Source of the DNA: Protoeuglena noctilucae
Taxonomy: Eukaryota
DNA: 64,000 nt
Reading direction: 5' to 3'
Assembly: GCA_958009085.1 (NCBI GenBank)
Contig: OY253682.1
Span: 434,001-498,000 of the forward strand
Below the pieces are notes generated by a model. It did no database searches and had not been told where the DNA came from. It was given only the letters and a program-made list of their open reading frames with translations. Positions 49,052-61,000 of the stretch are shown one piece after another. Numbering within the stretch: position 1 is the stretch's first letter; each line of letters begins with the position of its first letter. Both the position numbers and the translations under genes were made by a program.

Positions 49052-51791
49052 CTACTTCTGGCGGTAGAGCCGCAGCTTGTGGTCGGCGGAGCCCACGAAA
49101 ATCGACGCCGCCCGTTCGCCGAACGCCACGGCGTACGTCCCCTTCTCCGGCAAGCCCGTCAGCTCCCCCTGCATGTCCCAGGTCTTGGCCTGGTACACCT
49201 CCACGTTGCCCGCCCCCACCGCGAGGTACTGCGCGGACGCGTCGAAGGCCACCGAGCGGGGGATGCCCCGGCCAGAGAAGTCGATGGCGTGGACGCACTT
49301 GACCTTGCGAAGGTCCCAGATCTGGACGCCAGTGTCCGAAGCCGTTGCCAGGATGTAGCCGTTCTCGCTGCGAGGTCGCGAGAGGATCGACAGCAGGTGG
49401 TTGCCCGGGGGTTGTGCGGCGGCTGGTGCATTCGTCCCTGGCGCAACAAACGTGTACAAATCGGCCTGCTGGGTGTGCAATGCCGAGCGCGTGTTCGCTG
49501 TGATCCGCACCTGAACGAGAGGGAGTGGACGGCGCCGTCCGCGGCAATGGTCGCCGCTGGTGCCGTCTTGCCTGACGGGAGGTCCCAGATCTCCACCGTG
49601 GCAGCCCGCGTGGCGCACCTGCGGCGGATTGCAATCGATATTGTCACTTCCAGTCGTCAGAGACCGAGCCTGGCTGCAGCCGGGTCGCATGCAAGCATGA
49701 CACGCCCCCCGCTGTGCGCGCTGCCCCGAGCGCGCCGCGCAGTCACCCCAGCAGGACCCCGTCTGGGTGGAAACGAGACGAGATGTACTCGGTCGGCGAC
49801 TGGGGATCCGGGGACTTGTACAGCAGCGAGGCGGCCGCCAGGTCGTACAGGCCCCAGATGCCCGACGATGCTGCGAGAGAAATCACATGTGGAGCAGCCA
49901 TTCACAGATCTGCGCTCAATTTAATAAGACTTGTAAGCTACGCAAAGTCTGGAGCTCACCCGACGCGGCGAAGTAGCGTCCCGAGGGCTGCAGGGTCACG
50001 GACGTGACGGCCCCCACCAGGTCGGTCAGCATGGACTTCTGCGAGCCCTCCGACGCGCTCCAGATCCGCACGGTACCATCCGCCGAGCCCGACACTGCGA
50101 GGGAGCGGTCGTGGAGCAGTCAGAGTCCTTAGTTGCAGGTTGGGTGGTCAGGAGCGGGTGCTTGTGCTTGTGCTAGCGCGCCTCCCCGCTCCTCACCAAC
50201 CGAGTCGCCGGCGAAAATCACCGAGTGCACGCGCTTCCCGTGGCCCTTGAGAGTCGCCACCACCTCCTCCTTCCCATAATCGAACACCCGGACCTGCACG
50301 CACCGTCGTTCACGACCGCCTCTCAGCCATCGCCGGGCCAGCAGAGGGCCGCTACATGCGTGGGGTTGCGTTCCAAGCAAGCCGCGAGCGAGGCAGTCGA
50401 GCGCGTCACCGTGCTGTCTTCCCCGGCCGTCGCGACGAGGCTGTTGGCGCCCAGCGCGACGCTGTGGATGCCGCCCTTTGCGGTCGTGTGCACTGCGAGA
50501 GAGAAGTGAGCGAAGCAATGATGTCTGGTAGTGGAGGTGGCGAGGGTGACAGTGTCCCCTAGTCACACGTGTCCCTCTCAGGGTGGCATACCCAGGGACG
50601 ATCGTGAGCAAAGAGCACCGCCCATGGCACTCACCGGGATACGCGACGGGGTCCAGGGACTTGAAACTGTCCGCGCTGGCGGCCGCCTCGGCGGCTTGCT
50701 TGGTGCGCGCCTTGCGGGTGCTCGACAGGCTCTTGCTGCGACACAAGGACAGGAGCGACAACGTTGGGGCATGCACCGCCACCTTGAGAGGGTCATTGCA
50801 GGCCCTGCTTGCACCAGTCGGCGACGCGTGCGACGAAGCCCCAAGTGGACGTAAGGCATAAACCCAACGGGGATAGCAAGGGTTCATGCACCGAACTAGC
50901 GCTGACCTGACATCCACCATGTCGGAGATGGCCTTCGGCGGGATGCCCTCAGCCGCTGGCTTGGCTCGCTTCGCCGGCCGGCCGTCGCCTGCCTCCTCTG
51001 CCGCCTCGGGCACGCCTCGGGCCACCAGCTCCTCCTTTTCCCTCAACAGCCGCGCAATGACACGGCACGCCGCATCGTTCTGGTACAGCGCCGCCGAGAG
51101 CTCCTTGCGCAAACCCTGGAGCTGCTGCCGCAGCTGGAAGGTCTCGAGCATCTGGGTGCGAAACACACGCAATACTGGTCATGGCGACTGCGCGCAGGTA
51201 CTCCATTACGCTGCTTGCCCCCGCTCAGCGCACGCAGACCCACCACAGCGTCCCATTCCGACTGGAAGAGGCTGAGCAGGCCTGGGATCGAGGTCGCCGA
51301 CGCGGGGCGCGGGTTGAGCTTGGCCGGGCCCTTCACGGGCAGCAGATCCTCCTTCGCCAGCGACTCATTCGTGATCGGGCAGGTGCCGTGCTGCGCGGAA
51401 GAAAGCGCACACATCTTCGCAAGGGATGCCAGTGCCGGGGGAGTCGGGCGGGAGGCGAGCGCGGAGGCCGACCGCGAGAACGGCTCGGGACCTCGATGCG
51501 CCCTCTCACCTCCGCAAGGTGCTTCTCAATCACCCTGCGCTCGAAGAGATGCCCCGACTTGGTCGATACGACGGGCTCTTGGGGCACATGCCCCGTGACT
51601 GCGGCGGAGGAACGCGAAGGCCGGCCGCTGAATCCCGCGGGCCCCACGGACGCGCGAACGACATTTGACGAGGCAAAGAACCCGCGACAGCCACAAACAT
51701 AACATGAACAGGCCGCTGAAGCAGTCCATCGCATGGGCCGGGCCACGGGGGCGGCGAGCTCAGGGCTGGGCGCCGCACTTGCGCAAAACAT
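49052..51791 (-). CDS. PRP19: Pre-mRNA processing factor 19 (U-box + coiled coil + WD40)
   Basis: [100 protein letters not shown]. Confidence 0.96.
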
Positions 51792-52559
51792 GGCCCCCGT
51801 CCTCTCGCGGACCCTCTCCCCACAAAGCCCCCGGAAGCGCTCCCTGTGTCAAGCTAGCGAGACGGGAAGTCCACGCTCGCCACCGCCGGGCCCTCGGTCG
51901 CGCGTGGTTTGCGATCTGGGCTACGCCGACGCAAGGGGTGCACAGGCCGTCTCAGCTAGGGCGCCAGCAGTGTCCACGACGAGTGAGCTCGTCGGCAGCG
52001 CCGTGGATCAGTTCATCGCAAGCCACGCTGAGTCCGAGGCGGCACCCCGTCGGACTGCTTGACACAGGTCCTGCCGAGTCGAGCGCTCGAAGGCACGCGT
52101 GGCCGCAATTACTTTGTTGCTTAACATAAGTGCGAGGGGGTAGCGGTGGCGTTGTTGAGGTGCAGTGGAGGCCGTCATTTGATTCACCCCGCGGCAGGGC
52201 GAGCGCGGCAATCGCCGGAGAGGTCGCGAATCACCGCAAGGTGAGTAAGGGCATCGCGCGGGGGCTTGGTGGCATCAACTTCGAACGCCACGCCGAAAAT
52301 GGCTGCACACATGCATCGCCGCGCGCATCCCGTGCCGCCAAGCTCAGGGAATGCCTCGCGCGTGGAGAGCGCTGCCTTTGACAAACGCGCCCTGATCTCT
52401 CCTGCCGTTTGATGGCGCGGCCGCTCACCCCAGCGCAGGACCTGCAGGGCGGTCGTGAGCACTGTTGGGCGCTTCCTGCCCCTCAGTCGTCACGGGGCGC
52501 CCCGAGCGTTTGTAGGGGAGGGGTTTCGCTGGTCGGCGGCGTGGGGCTAGCGTCGGGAC

Positions 52560-54776
52560 ATGGCCCCGAAGAAGAAGGTGGGTGGAAAGCATTGCGCTTG
52601 CAGACCTGCCCCAGGTTTGCGCCTTTCATCTGCGCATGGACACCGAGCACCGCGCTCTCTCATCATCTTGTCCAGCCGCTTTGGTGTATCCAACCCTCGC
52701 GCGTTGCTGAGGGGGGCGAAGAGAGGGCGGAGCGGCATGTTGACGTCCAGCATTGATGGCCGGGGGACCCCGTTGCCGCCCCGCGTGGATGCACGCCCAT
52801 CAGGATCGATCATCTGTTACCCGACGTTGCCGCAGAAGGGGGGAGACAAGGCCCCGAAGGGGGACGGCGATGACGGGCCGTCGATGGAGCAGCTGCTGGC
52901 GCGCATCAGCGAGCTGGAGCTGGAGAAGGAGGAGGAGGCCAAGCAGCGGAGCTATATGCAGCTCGAGAGGGACAAAATCAACCAGTTCTGGGAGGTGCGT
53001 CGCTGCCTGCCTCCAGCATCGCTGCCGTGAGCTGCGGGGGCGCACCTCGGGACGCCCCCCTGGCCCGTGACGCGGCGCAGGTGACGAAGAAGGAGCTGGA
53101 AGACATGCGCGCCGAGCTGCGGAACAAGGACCGGGACATGGAGGACTTGGAGGAGCGGCACCAGGTGGAGATCAAGGTCTACAAGCAAAAGGTCAAGCAC
53201 CTGCTGTACGAGCACCAGAGCAACATCACGACGCTCAAGGCGGACGGCGAGTCGTCGCTTATGGCGCAGCTCGACGACTTCAAGAAGCGCGAACAGGAGC
53301 TCCTCAAGGACAAGCGCTTCTTGCGGTGCGTGCCGTGCGGGTGGTGGGCTGGGGCGCGCTCCGATGCCCGGGTGCAGCTCGAGACGCGCGGCGCTGGGGG
53401 ACCCTGCGCGCAGACGGGACCTGCGCCGCAACGACATGGACCACGAGAAGCACATCCGCGACTTGGAGTTCAAGCACGCAGCCATGATCACGGCCATGCG
53501 CGAGCAGTTCGACCGCAAGGCCAAGGAGCTGCAGAAGGAGTACCAGGACAAGATGCACCATTTACGCGGTGCGTGCCGCTGCAGCTGCGCGTCTCAAGGG
53601 GCGCGGCAGGCGTGTTGCGCCTTCAGGGTCCGTAGCCAGAGGCTGCCGCATGTGACTTGCAGAGGAGATGGATCTCAAGAGGAAGGAGGAGACGCATGAG
53701 ATCGAGGAGAGGAAGAACGACCACATCTTCGAGCTGATGGAGAAGCACTCGCGGGCGTTCAGGTGTGACCACGCTCGCTGTGGTCTCAGTTGAGGCGCAG
53801 TGCAAGCAGACACATTGGTGGCATCTACGTACTAACCGGCCCCGGCTTCCCCGCGCTCTCAGTGAGATCAAGGCCTATTACAACGACATCACGCACAACA
53901 ACCTGGACCTAATCAAGGTGCTGAAGGACGACGTGGCCAAGGCACGGCACGACGCGGCGGCGACGGAGAAGAAGATGGCGGAGATTCGGCAGGAGAACAA
54001 GCGGCTGAAGGAGCCCAAGGACCAGGCGGAGAAGCAGGTCGTGGAGCTGCGGCACCAGCTGCAAAAGTACGAGAAGGACCAGCTGAGCATCAAGACCACC
54101 ACCGAGCGCCTCCTGCTGGTGGAGAAGCAGCTCAAGAACCTCGAGTGGGAGAACGAGGTGCTGCAGCAGCGCTTCCTGGAGGTGCAGAAGGAGGTGAGAA
54201 GCCGCTGGCACAGGCGCAGGGAGGCTGTCGCAGGCAAAATGGGCCGTCGCAGGCAGGGGCAACTGGTGGCTGAAAGCCTGCTTGCTTGGCCCTCGCAGCG
54301 GGACGAGCTGTACGAGAAGTTCGAGAAGAACATCTACGAAGTGCAGCAGAAGGCCGGGCTTCGGGCGGTGCTGCTCGAGCGCAAGCTGGAGGCGCTCAGC
54401 GAGGTGGGCAACGTACAGCTGCGCTCAAAGCGCCCTTCTGTCGCGAGAGGTTCTGCTCTGAGCGCTTCGCTTCCCTCCTCCGCAGCGGCTGGAGCTCAAG
54501 GAGGCCGAGGTGGCGCAGGCCCTGGCGGAGTCGAACCTGGACCCCCAGACGCTGCAGAAGGTCAACCAGAAGCTCGAAGAGATCCTCGACAACAAGAACC
54601 AGATCATCAAGGCCCTGCAGTACGACATCGCCAAGGTGTGCAAGGCGCACAACGACCTCATCCGCGTCTACGAGGCCAAGCTTGCGGAGTTCGGCATCCC
54701 GGCGGAGGAGCTGGGCTTCCGCCCGCTCGTGACCAACACCACCACTGCGCCCGCCGGGCTGGTGGTGGGGCAGTGA
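52560..54776 (+). CDS. DRC4: Dynein regulatory complex subunit 4 (GAS8/PF2)
   Basis: MAPKKK, RSYMQLERDKINQFWE|VTKKEL, EERHQVEIKVYKQKVKHLLYEHQ, EIKAYYNDITHNNLDLIK, KAHNDLIRVYEAKLAEFGIPAEELGFRPL. Confidence 0.96.
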
Positions 54777-55012
54777 GGGCCCCTGGTGGCTGGTGGGCCT
54801 TCTTGGGTCCCGACACGTGCCGCCAGTTGAAGTGTGCCAGGACTCCCTGAGGAACGCGGCGCTCGTGACGGCCCCGCGCCCTTGCGGTGTCAGCAAAGCG
54901 TCAGAGATAGCGGCACTGACAGCGAGCCGGACTGTGCCCGCCCCCGGGAGTTAGAACAGTCCTTGAAAGGGTAGGGCTGCCTGGTCGCGCGCCGGGGCGG
55001 CAGGAAGGCGCC

Positions 55013-58000
55013 ATGCTGGCGCACGCGAATGCCATTTCGACAGGGTGTGCGGCCGTGGCGGGAGATGCGCGCAGGAGGTGAGCCGGGGCGCCGCTACGTT
55101 TCCGCAGCCGCTGCACGTTTGGCCCCCGCCTTTCGCGCCCTGCGCGCGCCGAAGTGTCGGGTTCTCATCGCACTGCCGTGTCGTGCGTTTACACACTCAC
55201 GTGAGTCTGTGTGCTCGGCCCTTGGCGCGGTCCTCGACGCAAAAGGTGCAGGCACCCCCTGGCGACGCGTCTCCTCGGAGCGCGTGCGCGTTTGTTTGCG
55301 CCGCTCTTTTGCCAGGCTTTTCTTTAGCAATAGTTGCGGCCATCGGGAGCCTGCTGGCCCCGTGAGGGCCCCGCGTCGTTCGGGGCTCGCCCCGTCGGGC
55401 ACCCCAGGCCCCCGCGCGAGAGTGGTGGGCGTAGCGCACGTTTGTTGTTTGTTTCTTGTCCAGTGGTATGCTGTCAATCGCCCCATGCGTGACCAGGGAT
55501 CGCCGTCGCTGCATGACGCGCTGAGGGGGCGCAGCAGTCGGGGGAGACAAGGAGGGCCTGGGTGCGCGTGCCGTGTGGCTTTCGACGGTCCCTCCCGCAC
55601 TGCATCACTCATGATATGTAGCGGTTGCGCTGCAGTCAGTTTGATTGCACCAGAGGGGCCCTTTCTGATGAAACGGGCGGTTTCTCTGCTCTTGCCGCAC
55701 TCGTGGGCCCCCCGCGCCTCTCTTGCGCCCTCTGCAACCACATGTACCCGCCACGGACCTTTGCAAATGTCATGGCGTGGTGTTCGTGCCGTTTCCGTCG
55801 CCTAGCCATGCCTGGTGCGGAGGTGACCGCCACTTGACAGTTACGGTCGAGATTGTGACCCACCCCGCCCCCGCCGTGACCCCAGGGCTGTCGCGCGGTC
55901 GCTGTTCACGGCCTACGGAGGTGCTCGGCAGAACCTGCGCCGCTGTGGTTGCATCCCGATCCGACCCGTGCGCCAGGGGCCTGTCACCTGCGCCCAGAGC
56001 CCTGCGGCGCCTGCCCCGGCGGCTGAGGGTGCCGCGGCAGTGTTGACGGGGACGAAGGCGGGGTCCGTGGTGCAGCTGTACCGTTATCCCTTCATGGGCA
56101 AGACCCAGGTGAACTCTAACCCGCGCGGCTGGCTCAGAGCAGCACGAGGCCACATTGGGACCTTCCCTCACCACCCCGCCTCGGCCCGCCTGCGCAGGTC
56201 GCGACACTCTTGCACAAGGCTCAGTCGCGCGTGTCTGAGTCCATCACTTCCATCGGTGAGTCGCAAACACGCTTTCTGCTGCTTTGGGAGCGAGGGCGTC
56301 CTCACTCACCTGCAGCAGTGCAACACACAGGCATGGTGTGACACGTGCCATCATCAGTGATGGTTAGGTCTGCAAACATCAACTGCGTTTCGTGACGCAG
56401 ATACGGAGATGCGCTTCAACATCGAGCTGGCGGAGCCCCTGACGGCCCGTGAGGCCGACACGCTGCAGTGGCTGCTGCGCGAGACGTTCGACCCCGAGGG
56501 CCTCTCGCCCCAGTCCTTCCTCGCGCGGGGCCGTCAGGCGCAGGGCGCTCGGGTCGTGGAGGTCGGTCCCCGGCTCAGCTTCTCCACCGCCTGGGCCACT
56601 AACGCCATCAGCATCTGTAGCCAGGCGAGTGGGAGTGTTCACCCACGCGATCTGCAGTCTTGCCAAGTGGGCCGCCAGTGCAAGGCCACACCATCTTAAG
56701 ACAAACGTCGATGCACTCGCTGCGCCTGAGTGCGTTGCGGTCACCCAACTTTAACCGCTCCCCTTTCTAATCACCCAGACGCCCCGCATCCATCGCCTGA
56801 CCTCACGCTCGCTCCACTCCACCCCCAGGTCGGCCTTACCAAGGTCCGTCGCATCGAGATGTCTCGGCGTTATCTCGTGGCCGGCCTGGCTGAGGAGGCG
56901 GTCGCCGCCTTTGCCGCCATGGTCCACGACCGCATGACCGAGCAGCTCTACACGGAAACCCTCCGCTCCTTCCGCGTCGACAAGAAGCCGGAACCCGTGG
57001 TGAGTGGCTGGAATGGGTCTGTTGTTTGCAGTGTTTTGACAGGGTTTATCGTGGCAGATGTAAAGCCTGGACACCATTAGGCATGCACGTGCCACCTCAG
57101 CTGGCAGCACTTGGAAGCAAGCTGCAGCCGCCGCCCAGCTCAGAAATCTTCCTCACTTCATTGCCCATTGTAGTTCACCGTGCCCGTGCTGGCCAAGGGC
57201 CGCGCGGCGCTGGAGGAGATTAACAGGCGCATGGGGCTGGCTTTTGATGACTGGGACCTCGACTACTACACCCGGATGTTCAGGCGAGAGGCAGAGGCTG
57301 GTTGCACTTTTTCAGCCACACCTCTCGTTCTGTCATGCACCTCCTGTCCACACCTGCATCTCTATCTCTCTTCTCCCGCTCCTGTTTCTTCTCCCGCTCC
57401 TGTTTCCACCGCCTGCCTGCCGCGCTGCTAACACCGCTTGACGCCCCGTCTCCGTTCCAATCGCCTGCCACCTCCCACCTCCCCCACGCCCACTCTCCCC
57501 ATGCCCTCAGGGAAGACATGAAGCGCGACCCTACCAACGTGGAGCTCTTCGACATTGCCCAGTCCAACTCGGAGCACTCTCGGCACTGGTTCTTCCGCGG
57601 CAACCTCTTCCGGGAGGACGGGACGCAGTACCCCAAGGCGAGCAACGACGAAGATGGCCTGGTCCTTCTGTACCAGAGGATGCCCTTGCATGAGCGAGGC
57701 TGTCGTGACCACCCCAATACTGTCATGGCTGTCACGCGCACCCCCCTTGTTTTCCTGGTTGCCATGCGCACCCAATACTGTCGTGCACATCCAACCCAAT
57801 GTTATCCTGTTTCCTGCAATAACCTGCAGAAGCTCTTCGACATCGTCAAGGCCCCCTGGAAGGCCAACCCCAACAACTCGGTTGTGGCGTTTAAGGACAA
57901 CTCGTCCACCATCCGGGGCTTCAAGGCCGCGCCCATCGTCCCCGCCGAGCCGGGCACGACCTCGCGCATGGAGCTCCAGGCGAGGCTTTTGATGTGACCT

Positions 58001-61000
58001 GCGTCACTTGTGTGCTGCTGTGGGCCCATGCATTGTGCCATATGTGCTGTGTTGCACACTCAATCATCCACGGAAACTTCATTCCCATGCACGTCGCACC
58101 CGCAGGAGCGTGACCTCGACTTGCTGCTCACGGCAGAGACCCACAACTTCCCCTGCGCTGTGGCGCCCTACCCCGGCGCAGAGACGGGCGCGGGCGGCCG
58201 CATCCGAGACACGCACGCCACCGGGCGGGGCTCCCTGGTCGTCGCCGCCACCGCCGGATACTGGTGCGCAGAGCAGAGAGCACGCAAGGGTGCTGGCTTG
58301 CTAGTATGCCAGGGCATCGCCTGGCGCTTTGCTTTGATGTCTGCTTGCCATGCCGCTGCAGCTCCGGTTTCCTGGGCATGAGAACTGGCCACGCCTTTCT
58401 ATCGCTCGCAGCGTTGGTAACCTGCACATCCCCGGGTACCCCCAGCCCTGGGAGGACCCCTCGTTTGCGTACCCTGCGACGCTCGCGAGCCCCCTGCAGA
58501 TTCTCATCGACGCCTCCAACGGAGCCTCGGGTGGGTTAGCTGCAACAGCGTTAGTAACGATGCCATTGGTAGCATGGATGAGCGATGAGAGCAACATCGC
58601 TCTCACCGACAGTCTGCGGCCACATGCCGGGGCATGTGGATGATTTGCGTTCGACTCTCGCCACCTGTGCAGACTACGGCAACAAGTTTGGCGAGCCTCT
58701 CATCGCCGGGTACACCCGGTCCTTCGGGGCTCGCTTGCCGGGTGGTGAGCGTCGCGAGTGGCTGAAACCCATCATGTTCTCCGGTGGCGTCGGGACCATG
58801 GACCACACGCACGCGGAGAAGCACGAGGGGCAGCTGGGGATGCTCGTCGTCAAGATCGGCGGGCCCGCCTACCGCATCGGCATGGGTGAGGGCGCACAGC
58901 GCAGGTCATCATCATCAACTATGGCAAATAAACTGACCTTTCAGAATTGCCCGGCACTGGACGCCTGGCAGGCTGTGGCGGTGCACACACCTGAGAGCGT
59001 TGTGCTGCACTACGCACCCCTGTCCCCACCACAGGCGGCGGTGCGGCGTCGTCGGTGCCGTCCGGGAGCCAGGATGCGGAGTTGGACTTCAACGCGGTGC
59101 AGCGCGGGGACGCGGAGATGGCCCAGAAGCTCTGGCGCGTGGTGCGGGCGTGCGTCGAGATGGGCGGGCGGAACCCGATTGTGCAGATTCACGACCAGGG
59201 CGCGGGCGGCAACTGCAACGTGGTCAAGGAGATCATCTACCCGCTGGGCGCCAAGATCGACATCCGGTGAGCCAGCTGGCGACGACGCCGGACCTGTCGC
59301 ACGCTGCGAGCGCTGCATAAGTGTGTGGTCTTGCAAAGGCGATGCTGCTTGGGCTGCCGATGGCTGCGCGCTCTTGTTGCTGTGATGCTGAGCTGTAAAC
59401 ATGCCTTGAGCTGCAATGTTGTTGGGGTTGTAAGGCACCCCCATGTGTTCCAACCCTAATGTGTGGCCCCTGCAGGAAGGTCAAGCTGGGGGACGACACG
59501 ATGAGCGTGCTGGAGATCTGGGGCGCGGAGTACCAGGAGAACGACTGCGTGTTGATCAAGCCGGAGGACGAGGGCCTCCTGCAGCGCGTGTGCGAGCGCG
59601 AGCGGTGCAACATGCAGGTCATTGGGTCGATCGATGGGTCAGGGAGGGTCACGCTGGTGGACGCGCAGGTGAGCGGGTGGACAGAGACGGAGTGGAGCAA
59701 AAGCGGATTGAGGGTGCATTGCGTGAATGTGCATCAATTGCGTCGATGTTTGTACAACATGCGCTGCTCGGGAGGGCGGATGAGGACACCTACAGACACC
59801 TGGATGACTGACAGGCGCGGGCCACCGGTCCCGCCACATGCGGAACGTCTCTATTTCAATCCTCACTATGCCGACGCCCCTGGATCCTGAGCGGTTGCGC
59901 TGTTACACAGCTGTACTGCTACTACGCCATTCCTGCGCTGTTTGGCGACTCCATGGGTCCGCGTGTGTTCACCCCTGCAGGCCCCGCCCGACAGCCCAGC
60001 CCCGGTGGACCTGGATCTGGACAAGGTGCTGGGGAAGATGCCCGATAAGGACTTCAAGTTCAAGAACTTCGCCACGCAGTCGGGGCCCCTGTCGCTACCC
60101 TCTGAGACGGCTGCCGGGGCTGCCTTGGAGCGGGTGCTGAGGCGAGTGCTGGGGCAGCTGTCACGTGTTACGTCGATGGCCAGCTGGTTTGCTCGGGAAA
60201 AAAACCGATGCGGCCACGTGCGAGCCTGATTGAGAACCTCACTCTCCGCTGTGTCTCTCGCAGGCTCACCGACGTGTGCAGCAAGCGCTTCTTGACCTCC
60301 AAGGTCGACCGTTCTGTCACTGGCCTCGTGGCTCAGCAGCAGTGCGTGGGGCCGCTCCTGCTGCCTCTCTCGGACTTCGCCCTCGTCGCCACGTCTCACC
60401 AGGACACGACGGGGCTGGCCACGTCGATCGGGGAGCAGCCGTACAAGGGCCTCATCGACCCCGCTGCCATGGCGCGGCTGGCGGTGGGTGAGGCGGTGAC
60501 CAACCTGGCCATGTGCAAGATCACGGCGCTGGCGGACGTGAGGGCGTCCGTCAACTGGATGCACGCCGCCAAGATGGGATGCGAGGGCGCCGCGATGTAC
60601 GAGTCGGGTGAGAGCACGCGTGCCTGTGGCTTCATACTCACACTAAGCTTGGCCTGGGAATGCGGTGGCATGTTGCTGGCTTTAACAGGCGGTGAAGAGG
60701 TGTCTCTGCATTGCGAATTGTGTCGTGGTGCACGTGAGACGGCTGGCGTTGTGTTTGCCCCGCAGCGGAGGCGATGGCGGAGGCGATGATTGAGCTGGGC
60801 ATGGCGTGCGACGGCGGCAAGGACTCCCTCTCCATGGCGGCGGTGGCGGACAAGGAGGTTGTCAAGGCGCCCGGGCAGCTCGTCATCTCCGCGTACGCGC
60901 CGTGCCCGGACATCACCGGTGCGTGGGTGCTGATGGCAGGGCATGACGCGGCAAGGCGGCATGCGGCATCCGCTCGCTGGCATTCATTCATTGGTTGACA

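Noticed and set aside
51733..52062. 109-aa plus-strand ORF overlapping the PRP19 start
   Set aside because: It lies in the PRP19/DRC4 divergent promoter region, has no recognisable motifs and no supporting splice structure.
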